Shown: piece by piece, positions 51,786 through 61,389 of the stretch | Layout of the letters: each line of letters opens with the position of its first letter | How positions within the stretch are numbered: the stretch's first letter is position 1 | Assembly (NCBI GenBank): GCA_963801745.1 | Contig: CAWDFY010000004.1 | Span: 768,312 to 832,311 of the forward strand | Direction of reading: 5' to 3' | Source of the DNA: an uncultured Chloroflexia bacterium | GTDB lineage: Bacteria > Chloroflexota > Limnocylindria > Limnocylindrales > CSP1-4 | Length of the DNA: 64,000 nucleotides | Notes under the pieces: model-generated | What the model was told of the DNA's origin: nothing | Database searches by the model: none | What the model saw: the letters and a program-made list of their open reading frames with translations, nothing else | Made by a program: the position numbers and the translations under genes

Positions 51786-51902
51786 CTAGCGGACGTGGGT
51801 ATCGGGGATCTGAGCCCGCGAGTCCACTCCGTAGCGGATGGAGCCCAGGCCCAGGCCGGTGAAGCCGATGACCAGGACCACGAGCATGACGATGGCTTCC
51901 AT
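51786..51902 (-). CDS. 38-aa hydrophobic (single-TM) peptide, not in the ORF track (below length cut-off)
   Basis: Hand translation of the minus strand: AGGAGGA, 6-nt spacer, ATG 51902, MEAIVMLVVLVIGFTGLGLGSIRYGVDSRAQIPDTHVR, TAG 51786-51788. Nearly all codons end in G/C. It lies downstream of a near-consensus promoter. Confidence 0.6.
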   Translation of the reverse strand: MEAIVMLVVLVIGFTGLGLGSIRYGVDSRAQIPDTHVR

Positions 51903-51924
51903 GTTCGGTCCTCCTGTGACTTGT

Positions 51925-51954
51925 GTAACCCGTTTCTGGCTTCTTATCGGTTAC
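51925..51954. promoter_or_regulatory. inverted repeat GTAACC-N18-GGTTAC (copy 1): candidate operator
   Basis: GTAACC 51925-51930 and GGTTAC 51949-51954. It covers about +1 to +30 of the predicted micro-operon transcript. Confidence 0.5.
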
Positions 51955-51961
51955 TTCACGT

Positions 51962-51990
51962 ACTGTAGCCCCTTGCGCGTAACCTGTCAA
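51962..51990 (-). promoter_or_regulatory. near-consensus promoter TTGACA-N17-TACAGT driving the peptide/89-aa micro-operon
   Basis: The minus strand reads TTGACA (51990-51985), a 17-nt spacer, then TACAGT (51967-51962). The predicted start is near 51955, about 53 nt before ATG 51902. Confidence 0.6.
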
Positions 51991-52002
51991 TAGGTCTAAG
52001 GT
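51973..52002 (+). promoter_or_regulatory. weaker candidate promoter TTGCGC-N18-TAAGGT for the CGNR gene, interdigitated with the opposite promoter
   Basis: TTGCGC 51973-51978; TAAGGT 51997-52002, 9 nt before ATG 52012. Its -35 lies inside the spacer of the minus-strand promoter and vice versa. Confidence 0.3.
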
Positions 52003-52008
52003 GGTTAT
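51979..52008. promoter_or_regulatory. inverted repeat GTAACC-N18-GGTTAT (copy 2): candidate operator
   Basis: GTAACC 51979-51984 and GGTTAT 52003-52008, with the same 18-nt spacing as copy 1 and centres 54 bp apart. It covers the -35 of the micro-operon promoter and the spacer/-10 of the CGNR promoter. Confidence 0.5.
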
Positions 52009-52011
52009 GAC

Positions 52012-52686
52012 ATGAACACCGCCAACGGGGCATTCGTGCCCAAGAGCCATCACGCACACGAGGTCGACATCGAGGACACGTTCGACTTCCTGAACACCGA
52101 CGACCTCGAGAACGGTTTCCCGCTCGAACGCCTGCCGACGCTCGGCGACGCGCTGTCGTGGTTCGTGGAGCGCGGCGTGATCCACGGCGAAGGAGCCGAT
52201 CGGCTGGGTCATCAGGCCGAGGCCGACACGGACAGCGCCGCGCGCGAGCTGGCCCGCATCCACGCGGTCCGCGGCGCGCTGCGCGAGGTGGCCGACGCGA
52301 TCATCGATCACCGACCACCGACGCGGGCGGCCCTCGACACCGTGAATCGCGCGCTCCACGCGCGCCAGGTCATCGAGCTCGTGCCCTCGACCGATGGCTG
52401 CGTGGCGGTCGACCACCGCCACGTCGGCGACCCGGTCGATGACGCGCTCGCCCGCCTGTGCGACCCGCTGGTGACCGAGCTGACCAGCGGCGATCCGGAC
52501 CGCATCAAGGTCTGCGACAACGACCGCTGCCTGTGGGTCTTCTACGACACCTCGCGGACCGGGCGCCGGCGCTGGTGCGACATGGCGACCTGCGGCAACC
52601 GCGCCAAGGCCGCCCGCCACCGGGCGCGGTCGAAGGCGGCGACCGAGGCGGAGGCGAGCGCGATCGAGGCCGCCCCGCCGATCTGA
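52012..52686 (+). CDS. CGNR zinc-finger protein with N-terminal ABATE-like domain (putative stress-induced transcription regulator family), intact
   Basis: The C-terminal motif RIKVCDNDRCLWVFYDTSRTGRRRWCDMATCGNRAKAARHRAR matches the zf-CGNR signature; 224 aa. Confidence 0.85.
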   Translation: MNTANGAFVPKSHHAHEVDIEDTFDFLNTDDLENGFPLERLPTLGDALSWFVERGVIHGEGADRLGHQAEADTDSAARELARIHAVRGALREVADAIIDHRPPTRAALDTVNRALHARQVIELVPSTDGCVAVDHRHVGDPVDDALARLCDPLVTELTSGDPDRIKVCDNDRCLWVFYDTSRTGRRRWCDMATCGNRAKAARHRARSKAATEAEASAIEAAPPI

Positions 52687-52687
52687 C

Positions 52688-53456
52688 CTAGCGAGTGAGC
52701 GTCAGCACCGCGTAGCGGCACAACGGCCAGAGCTCCGGCCAGCGCTTGAGCAGCAGCCGGTCGAACTCGCGGAGCACCGGGATCTTCGTGCTGTGGCCGA
52801 ACCCGCGCTCGATCATGCTGAAGATCTGCACGCCCCGGATGCTGCGACGACGCGAACGGCGCCATCCACGCATCGATGTCCTCAGGCCGGAGCGGGATGT
52901 CGGCGCCCCGCTCGTGCTTGTGCGGATACGGCACGTAGTCGCGTGCCGAGCCGGACGATCGGGTTCGTGCCGAGCGGCTCGGAGAACGCGGCCCGCGCGC
53001 CCGGGCGGAGGACCCGGGCCAGCTCGCTCGCACCGGCCACCGGGTCGAGGTGGTGGAGCACCGCCTTCCCGAACGCGAGGTCGAAGCTCGCGTCGTCGAA
53101 GGGCAGGTGCTCGCCCGGCGCGACCCGTGAACGTCGATCTGGTTGTGGACGCCGAGCATCCGGGCCCGTTCGCGCGCGACCTCGATGCTGCGCTCCGACA
53201 GGTCGAACGCCGTGACCTGCGCGCCGCTGAGCGCCAGCAGGACGGTCAGCTTGCCCATCCCGCAGCCGTACTCGATGACCTGCTTGTCGCGCAGGTCGCC
53301 GAGGAAGTCGGTCACCCCCGGCAGCAGCGCGTCGGTCTTCGCGAACGCGACGAAGTCCGTCCCGGGCGCCGGCAGGACGATCGGCTCGGTCGTCGTTCCG
53401 GCGTGGGCATCCCACTTGGCGCGCTCGATGGCATAGCGTTCGTCGGTCGCGGTCAT
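52688..53456 (-). CDS. class I SAM-dependent methyltransferase (frame broken at least 3 times)
   Basis: VIEYGCGMGKLTVLLALSGAQVTAFDLS (motif I and post-I), then FDLAFGKAVLHHL.. and the tail ..IFSMIERGFGHSTKIPVLREFDRLLLKRWPELWP in other frames. Confidence 0.75.
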
Positions 53457-53645
53457 CGGGTTCCTCCTCCGGGTCGCGCGACTCCCCCGGGTCGACGCTG
53501 GGCGATCGTTAACGAACCATCGGGTCCACCCGAGAGCGCGTCAATCACGAAGTCGCGAAAGGCAGGCCGTTTGGTGCCGCCTGGCACCATTATCGGTGAG
53601 GATAGGGGTGGTCGGGGGTCGAGCGGTGCAGTGGTCAACGCGCCG

Positions 53646-56210
53646 TCAGGCGTCGCGCAGGACGATGTTCACGAGCTTGCCGCCGCCGGCGATGACGATC
53701 CGGTCCGGCGTCCGACCGGCGAGGATCGCCGGCGATCTTCGGGCTCGGCCAGGACCTCCGCCTCGATGTCCTGCCGGGTCGCGTCGGCGCGCGACGACCA
53801 CCCGGCGCGCAGCTTGCCGTTGACCTGGATCGGGACCTCGCGGACCGACATCGGCGACGGCCGACTCGTCGACCGTCCGGCCAGCGTCTCGGCGTGGATC
53901 GACGACCAGTCGCGCCGGCCGCCTCGGCGCGGCGCGACCACAGCTCCTCGGTGATGTGCGGGGCGGCCGGCGCCAGCATCAGCAGCAGCAGGCGGATCGC
54001 CTCGTCCCACTCGCCGTCAGCCGGCGACGTCGGTGCCGCGGTAGCGGTACAGCGTGTTCGACAGCTCCATGAGCTTCGCGACCATCGTGTTGAAGCGGAA
54101 GCCCTCGTAGTCCTCGGTGACGTCGCGCAGCGTCCGATGCGCCGCCGCCCGGAGCGCGGCCGCGGCGTCGGCTGCGCTCTCGCCCGGCGGCAGCGCGCCC
54201 GATGCCGGGTCGCCCGGCTCGCGGCCGTGCGGGTCGAGCGCCAGCGTCCAGACCCGGTTCAGGAACCGGTGGACGCCGCCGATCCCGGTCGGGCTCCACG
54301 GCCCGCCCTGGTCCCACGGACCCATGAACATCAGGAACAGGCGGACCGTGTCGGCGCCGTAGCGCGCGACCAGCTCGTCGGGGTCCTGCGACGTTGCCGC
54401 GCGACTTCGACATGCGCTCGCCGTCGGCGCCCAGGATCTGGCCCTGGTTGAACACCCGCTTCCACGGCTCGTTCTGCTCGACCAGCCCGATGTCGCGCAT
54501 CATCTTCGTGAACTCGCGGGCGTACAGCAGGTGCATCACGGCGTGCTCGGCACCGCCGGTGTACTGCTCGACCGGGCGTCCACGTCTCGACCATGTCCGG
54601 GTCGATCGGGCCGTCCGGCTTGTGCGGCGACAGGTAGCGATACCAGTACCACGACGAGTCGATGAACGTGTCCATCGTGTCGGTCTCGCGCCTCGCCGGC
54701 TCGCCGCACGATCGGGCACGGCACGTTGAGGAACGCCTCGTCCCGGGTCAGCGGGTTCACGCCGCTGCCGCGCGTAGTCGACCGTGTCGGGCAGCAGCAC
54801 CGGCAGGTCCTCGTCGGGCACCGGCACGATGCCGTGCGCTCGCAGTGGATGACCGGGATCGGCGTGCCCCAGTAGCGCTGGCGGCTGATCAGCCAGTCGC
54901 GCAGCCGGTAGGTGACCGCCGCCCGGCCCTTGCCCTGCGGCCTCCAGCCAGGCGACGATCGCGCCGCCCGCCCTCGTCGGCCGGCAGCCCGCTGAACTCG
55001 CCGCTGTTGACCAGGACCTCGTCGTCGGCGTGCGCGACGTACGCCTCGCCGAGATCGGCGTCGGCCTCGCCCGGCGCGCGCGACGACCCGGCGGATCGGC
55101 AGCCCGAACTGTCTGCGCGAACGCGTAGTCGCGCTCGTCGTGGGCCGGGACGGCCATGATCGCGCCGGTGCCGTAGCCGGCCAGCACGTAGTCGGCGACG
55201 AAGATCGGGATCCGCTCGCCGTTGACCGGGTTGATCGCGTCGGCGCCGATGGCGACGCCGGTCTTCTCGCGCTCGGTCGACAGGCGCTCGATCTCGGTCT
55301 CGGTCTCGGCGCGCGCGACGTACGCCTCGACCTCCGCCCGGCGCTCCGGCGCCGTCAGCGCCGGCGACCAGCGGGTGCTCCGGGGCGAGCACCATGAACG
55401 TCGCCCCGAACAGCGTGTCCGGCCGGGTCGTGAAGACGCGCAGCTCCTCGCCGCCGGCGTGATGGTCGGCCGGCGCCGTCTCGAACACGATCTCGCCGCC
55501 CTCGGAGCGGCCGATCCAGTTCGTCTGCTGATCCGGACCGGCTCCGGGAACTGGATCTCGCTGAAGTCGAGCAGCTCGTCGGCGTACTTGGTGACGCGCA
55601 GGTACCACTGGTCCAGGTCGCGCTTCTCGACCTTCGCGCCGCAGCGCCAGCAGTGGCGGTCGGCGCCCTCGACCTGCTCGCGCGCCAGCGTCCCGTCGTT
55701 CGGGCACCAGTCGACGGCCGACTTCGCGCGGTAGGCCAGGCCCGCCTTCAGGAACTGCAGGAAGAACCACTGGTTCCAGCGGTAGTAGTCCGGGTCGCAG
55801 GTGACGACCTCGGCGCTCCAGTCGAACGTCGCGCCCATCGTGCCGCAGCTGGCGGCGCATGTTGTCGATGTTCGACATCGTCCAGTCGCGCGGGTTGATC
55901 GCGGTTCCTGATCGCGGCGTTCTCGGCCGGCAGCCCGAAGGCATCGAAGCCGATCGGCAGGAAGACGTTCTTGCCGTGCATCCGCCGGAAGCGGGCGAGC
56001 GCGTCGGTCGGCGTCTTGATGTACCAGTGCCCGATGTGGAGGTCGCCCGACGGGTACGGGTACATCGTCAGCAGGTAGTAGCGGTTGCGCGGCTCGCTCG
56101 AGGTCCGTCCGGTACAGCTCGAGCTCCTCCCAGCGCGCCTGCCAGCGCGGCTCGATGGCGGTCGGGTCGTAGCGCTCGACCCGGGTTCGGCTGTCGGCGG
56201 TCTCGGTCAC
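53646..56210 (-). CDS. leuS: leucyl-tRNA synthetase (frame broken more than 10 times)
   Basis: [14 protein letters not shown] (HIGH), [87 protein letters not shown]-like segment, [10 protein letters not shown] (KMSKS). Tail ..[10 protein letters not shown] with stop 53646-53648. Confidence 0.9.
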
Positions 56211-56304
56211 GCCGCGTCGGCGGTCGCTCGGTCACGGACTGCCTCGGATATGGATCACCCCCCGCCGCCCGGCGAGGGGTGGATGATCGGCGGTCTCGTC
56301 AGTC

Positions 56305-56380
56305 TGGTGGAGCTACGGGGACTCGAACCCCGGACCCCCTGCATGCCATGCAGGTGCTCTTCCAGCTGAGCTATAGCCCC
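56305..56380 (-). tRNA. tRNA-Ala (anticodon GGC), CCA encoded
   Basis: Hand-folded cloverleaf: acceptor GGGGCUA/UAGCUCC with the G3:U70 Ala identity pair, anticodon arm CCUGC-AUGGCAU-GCAGG, T arm CGGGG-UUCGAGU-CCCCG, 3' ACCA; 76 nt. Confidence 0.9.
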
Positions 56381-56454
56381 ACGGAGCGCGGATTGTAGCA
56401 TCCGGACCGGTCGGACCCGGCGCGATGGCCGGTGCGGGATGGCATCATCGGGGC

Positions 56455-58081
56455 GTGACGGCCTTCGACCTGCTCATCCGCGGCGGCACGGTCGTGGACG
56501 GCACCGGGACGCCGGGTCGGCCCGCTGATGTCGGCGATCCTCGGGGATCGCATGCTTGCGGTCGGCGACCTCTCCTCGGTCGACGCAGCGGCTCGCACCA
56601 TCGACGCGTCCGGTCTGGTCGTGACTCCTGGGTTCATCGACCCGCATGGGCACTCCGACGGTTCGCTGTTCCTCGATGGGGCGCTCGCGAGCCACCTCCG
56701 CCAGGGCTTCACGACGCAGCTGTCGGGCAACTGCGGCGAATCGCTGGCGCCGATCACCGATGCGGGACGAGAGGTGGTCGAGCTGGCGCTGCGGCCGCAC
56801 GAGCTGGTCGCGCGCTGGCGCACGTTCGGGGAGTATCTCGACGCGGTCGAGGCGGAGCCGCTCGGTCCGAACGTGGCGTTCCTCGTCGGGCACGGGACGG
56901 TCCGGGCCTCGGTCATGGGCGCCGAGGGTCGGGTGGCCACGGACCGGAACGCGACGCGATGGTCCGCGAGGTCGAGGCGGCGATGGATGCCGGTGCGATC
57001 GGGCTGTCGTCGGGGTTGATCTACGCGCCGGGCCTGCATGCGGATGCGGCGGAGGTGCGAGCCCTGGCCACGGCCGCGACACGGCGCGGCGGCCTGTATG
57101 CCACGCACCTGCGCAACGAGGCCGATGGGCTGTTCGACGCGCTCGACGAGGCGATCGGGACAGTCGCGCTCCGCCGCCGACGCGGGCGTCGTCGCGCCGC
57201 GGCTCCAGGTGTCGCACCTGAAGTGCGCATCGCGACCGGTCCAGGGCCGGGCGGCCGAGGCGATCGCCGTGCTCGAGCGTGCTCGCGCGGACGGCCTCGA
57301 CGTCGGGGCCGACCAGTACCCGTACACGGCGGCTGCGACGACGCTCACGACGATCCTGCCGCCGGCGCTGCTCGGGCTCGGCATCGAGGCGGCAGTCGCG
57401 GCGCTCGGCGACCGCGACGTCCGCGACCGCGTGCGGACCGAGATCGAGCGCGGGATCTCGGGCTGGGAGAACGTCGGCCGCGACCCCGGCTGGGGCGGGA
57501 TCTTCATCTCCTGGGCGTCGAGCCACCCGGACTGGTCGGGCCGGTCCCTGGCGGAGCTCGGCGAGGCTCTCGGCACCGACCCGGCCGACGTCGCCTTCGA
57601 CGCGCTGGTCGACGACCGGATGGACGTGGCCGTCGTGATCGACTGCATGACCGCCGAGGACGTTGACACGATCATGGCCGTCCCGTGGGTCGCCGTGTGC
57701 ACCGACGCGTCCGGCCGGCGTCCGGACCACCCGATCCTGGACGCCGGCCGACCGCACCCGCGAACGTACGGCAGCACCGCCCGCGTGCTCGGGACCTACG
57801 TCCGCGATCGCGCGACGCTCACGCTGGAGGCCGCGGTCGCGAAGCTCACGTCGGTGCCGGCCGCCCGCCTGGGTCTGCGCGACCGTGGCGTGCTGCGCGA
57901 GGGGGCGTTCGCGGACATCGTCGTCGTCGATCCCGCGACCGTCGCGGACGCGGCCACGTACGAGGCACCGAGCCGGCACCCGATCGGCATCGAGCACGTC
58001 ATCGTCAACGGCGGCGTCGCGGTCGACGGCGGCGCCGAGACCGGCGAGCGGCCGGGACGCCTGCTGCGGCGGGACGCGTGA
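56455..58081 (+). CDS. D-aminoacylase (N-acyl-D-amino-acid deacylase) family amidohydrolase (frame broken at least 3 times)
   Basis: FDLLIRGGTVVDGTG; VTPGFIDPHGHSD (HxH); AGAIGLSSGLIYAPG; GGLYATHLRNE; then a continuous 57038 frame with VSHLK, GADQYPY, CTDA.. to stop 58081. Confidence 0.8.
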
Positions 58082-58104
58082 CCCGACCACCCGGCGGCGT
58101 GGCG

Positions 58105-58863
58105 ATGGAGGCGCCGGCCATCGCCGACCTCCCCGGTGGCCCGCTGCCGTTCACGCTCCGGCACTCGCCGCGGGCACGGACGCTGCGCGTGGTCATCCAT
58201 CCGGACCGAGGCGTGATCGTGACCCTCCCATCGACCCGTGTGGCGCGACGCGACGGCGAGCGGCGGGCCGTGGCCTTCCTGGCCGAGCGCGAGCGGTGGG
58301 TGCGTCGACACCTGGACGAGCAGGCCGCGCTCGCGACCCGGCTCGCGGCGCGCGGCGGCGCCCGCGACGGTGGCGTCGTCCCGTTCCGGGGCGACCTGCA
58401 GCGGATCCGGGTCGTGCCCGCGGTGTCCGGCGCACGGCGCTCGGACGTGGTCGCATTCGAAGACGAGCTGGTCGTCCACCGGGTCGCCCGCGACCGGCGT
58501 CCTGATGCCGCGATCCTGGAGCGGTGGCTGCGCGAGGAGGCGCGCCGCGCCATCGATGCCGCGGTCGCCGACCACGCGGCGGCGCTCGGCGTCAGCCCGT
58601 CCGGCGTCACGCTGCGCGATCCACGCACGCGCTGGGGGAGTGCCTCGCGGACCGGTCGCTTGTCGTTCTCGTGGCGGCTGGTCCTGGCCCCGCCCGAGGC
58701 GCTCGAGACGGTCGTGTGCCACGAGCTCGCCCACCTCCGGGTGTTCGGTCACGGCCCTCGGTTCTGGGCGCTGGTCGCCAGCCGTCGACCGGACCACCGG
58801 ATCTGGCGTCGCTGGCTCCACGACCACGCGACCGAGCTCCATCGCGCCCTCGCGACGACCTAG
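58105..58863 (+). CDS. YgjP/DUF45-family metal-dependent hydrolase (M48-like HExxH), intact
   Basis: RWGSASRTGRLSFSWRLVLAP..VVCHELAHLRVFGHGPRFW matches the DUF45 zinc motif; 252 aa. Confidence 0.8.
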   Translation: MEAPAIADLPGGPLPFTLRHSPRARTLRVVIHPDRGVIVTLPSTRVARRDGERRAVAFLAERERWVRRHLDEQAALATRLAARGGARDGGVVPFRGDLQRIRVVPAVSGARRSDVVAFEDELVVHRVARDRRPDAAILERWLREEARRAIDAAVADHAAALGVSPSGVTLRDPRTRWGSASRTGRLSFSWRLVLAPPEALETVVCHELAHLRVFGHGPRFWALVASRRPDHRIWRRWLHDHATELHRALATT

Positions 58864-59471
58864 TTCGGCAGCCCGCGATCCGGCGCGCCGATGAGCGCGA
58901 CGGTCGCGCCCGTCCAGCGCAGCGGATCGACATCGAGCTCGTCGTGCGCACCATGGGCGATCGCCTCCCACAGGTCGAAGGCGAGGTCGTCGTCGACGTC
59001 GTCGGGCAGCGCGACGAGGGTGTTCCTGACCGGGGTCATGAGCAGCCGCGGCGTCGGTCCGAGGATCGGCGCCAGCAGCTCCGGCGCGAGGATCAGCGAC
59101 GAGCCCCAGCCCTGACCCTGGACCGCGGTGACGTCGACGCCCCCGAGCGGGAACGAGTCGATGAACGGCGGCTCGTGCCGCACCAGCTCGGCGAGGTTCG
59201 CGAGGGCCGTGCCGAGCAGCGTCGCATGGTCGACGTCCCAGCCGTCGAGGAGAGCCTGGCTCACATGCGAGAACGCCGGGCCGAGATCGATCCCGAACCC
59301 CGTCCAGACGCCCGGTGGGACGAGCAGATGGAGGGGCGCGATGTCGGGCGGGTAGGGGTGGTGCCGTCGCTTGAGGACCGGCACGATCCGCGGCGCGATC
59401 GCCGACCACGGCCCGGTCGGGTCGAAGCCCCGGAAGGCGCCGAGCAGCTGCTCCACGAGGTGCGGGTCCAT
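58860..59471 (-). CDS. hypothetical protein (start taken at MDPHLVEQLL; the ORF extends to 59585)
   Basis: Continuous ORF with strong G/C-ending codon bias. No recognisable motif. ATG 59471 leaves a 31-nt gap after the upstream LtrA stop. Confidence 0.5.
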   Translation of the reverse strand: MDPHLVEQLLGAFRGFDPTGPWSAIAPRIVPVLKRRHHPYPPDIAPLHLLVPPGVWTGFGIDLGPAFSHVSQALLDGWDVDHATLLGTALANLAELVRHEPPFIDSFPLGGVDVTAVQGQGWGSSLILAPELLAPILGPTPRLLMTPVRNTLVALPDDVDDDLAFDLWEAIAHGAHDELDVDPLRWTGATVALIGAPDRGLPN

Positions 59472-59502
59472 GGTCCCGCCGAGTGGGTGGAGCGTGAGCC
59501 CG

Positions 59503-60787
59503 TCAGTCCGCCGGTCGCCCCGCTTGGCCTTGCGATGGGATCGGCGTTCCGCCTTCCGGCACCTGGCTGCCTTCATGCCGGCCATCCTGAGGATGGCCGC
59601 TCACCCGGGGCGTATCGGCGGCTACACCCGTCCTTACCACGCCGAACCGCATCGACTTGAATGCCACCAGGCCGGCGGCCGCGGCGGCGAGCGACGCCAA
59701 CACCCACGCCGGCGACAGCACGACGCTCGTCAGGGGGATGGCCAGGGCGATCGCGACCTCGGCGACGATCATCGCCCGCCGGGCGGGGTGACGGCCGCCC
59801 AGCCGCATGTACAACGCGTAACGCGCGGCCAGGAAGATCGCTAGCGGCACCGCGACGCTGTAGCCGACGAGCAGCGCCGAGGCCGCGATCTCGTGCGTGA
59901 TCGCCTCCACCGTCACCTCGATCCCGGCGCCGATCGCCGCCAGTGCCGCGAACACGAAGTAATGCCCGTAGCCCCAGATGAACCCCAGTTCGCGGCGGGC
60001 TTCCAGTTTGGAGGCGTCCGAGTCGAGGAAGTACAGCCACCAGCAGGCGAACAGCAGCACGAGCGCGGCGATGGCGACGACGATCAGGTCGACCGAGAGA
60101 CCGGTCTCCGACCGTGCGGCCAGGATCGCCGCCGTCGCCGCGAGCACGCTCTCGCCCAGGACGATGATCGTGAACAACCCGTACCGCTCGGCGATGTGAT
60201 GGGGATGCCACGGCGTCATGTGCCGTCGCTCCGCCCACACGGGGATCAGCAGCTCGACGATCCCAAGCGCGACGAAGGTCACCACGGACACTTGAGCAGG
60301 CAGCGCGAGCCGGGCGATCCACAGCAGCTGGACGGCGGCGATGGGGACCGCGAATCGCAGCGCCGTCTCCCGATACTCCGGCACGGATCGGGCGACGCGC
60401 AGCCATTGCGCCACCAGGGCTATGCGCATCAGCACGTATCCGGCGACCGCGGTCGCGAACTCGGCCGTCCTGGAACGCCGGACCCACGCCTGCCGCGAGC
60501 ACGAGGACGCCGGCCATCTGGACCATCGTCAGGACGCGATAGAGCGCGTCGTCGCAGTCGAACGCGGATGCGAACCAGGTGAAGTTCATCCACGCCCACC
60601 AGATGCCGAAGAAGATGAGCAGGTAACCCACGATCCCATCGACGGGATGGTCGTCGACGATCGCGTGGGCGAGCTCGGGCACGACGGCCGCCACCGCCAC
60701 CACGAACGTCAGGTCAAAGAGGAGCTCGAGGGGCGTCGAGGCCCGATGCGGCTCGTGCGGGTCGCGCGCCCGCATCGTGGTCAGCAC
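59503..60787 (-). CDS. low temperature requirement protein A (LtrA)-family membrane protein (one frame break near 60450)
   Basis: STPLELLFDLTFVVAVAAV.. is typical of the LtrA N-terminus. The multi-TM remainder is in the 59503 frame (HIAERYGLFTIIVLGESV..). Confidence 0.75.
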
Positions 60788-60803
60788 GCGGATCGCTCCC
60801 GCA

Positions 60804-61202
60804 TCACCGGGCGAGGAGGACGGCCACCAGCGCGAGCGCGGCGGGCAGCGCCTGGACGACCAGGATCCGCCGCGAGACCGTCAGGCCGCCGTACAACCCG
60901 GCGACGATCACGCACCCCAGGAAGAACAGCTTGAAGTAGAGGGCGCTCGGCTCCGGGATCACCAGGCTCAGGCCGAGACCCGCTGCGAGGAACCCGTTGT
61001 ACAGGCCCTGGTTCGCGGCCAGCGTGGCCATCGTGTCGGCCTGCTCGGGCGTCGTCCCGAACGCCTGCCGGCCGCGCGAGGTGCGCCAGAGGAACATCTC
61101 GAGGACCAGGATGTAGACGTGGATCAGCGCGACGAGCGCGACGAGTCCCGCGGCGACGATCGACACGAGGGTCCTCCGATCCGTGACCTCGGACCGTGAC
61201 AT
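60804..61202 (-). CDS. DUF1304-family small membrane protein, intact
   Basis: IHVYILVLEMFLW..AFG..LAANQGLYNGFLAAGL is the conserved DUF1304 core. ATG 61202 lies only 4 nt below the tRNA 3' end, so the true start may be further in. Confidence 0.7.
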   Translation of the reverse strand: MSRSEVTDRRTLVSIVAAGLVALVALIHVYILVLEMFLWRTSRGRQAFGTTPEQADTMATLAANQGLYNGFLAAGLGLSLVIPEPSALYFKLFFLGCVIVAGLYGGLTVSRRILVVQALPAALALVAVLLAR

Positions 61203-61206
61203 GAGG

Positions 61207-61282
61207 TGGTGGAGATGAGGGGACTCGAACCCCTGACCCCCGCGATGCGAACGCGGTGCTCTCCCAGCTGAGCTACATCCCC
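61207..61282 (-). tRNA. tRNA-Ala (anticodon CGC), CCA encoded
   Basis: Acceptor GGGGAUG/CAUCUCC with G3:U70, anticodon arm CCGCG-UUCGCAU-CGCGG, T arm AGGGG-UUCGAGU-CCCCU, 3' ACCA; 76 nt. Confidence 0.9.
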
Positions 61283-61389
61283 ACGGGCGTCCGAGTGTAG
61301 CACGAGGCCCCCTCCAGACCCGGTCGAGCGCTCGTCCCGGGCGACGCGACGGGGAGCCGCGCGAGGCGGCGCCACTCTAGGCTCCGCCG

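Noticed and set aside
53646-56210. Genuine pseudogenisation of leuS (and of rho, obg, nadD, holA), as in a reductively evolving genome.
   Set aside because: These functions are indispensable. The fragments retain all catalytic motifs (HIGH, KMSKS, P-loops) and full length, and I saw no other decay. Sequence error is the parsimonious explanation.
56211-56304. A T-box or attenuator leader upstream of leuS.
   Set aside because: Only 94 nt separate leuS from tRNA-Ala(GGC). That is too short for a T-box, and I see no specifier-loop or terminator/antiterminator architecture.
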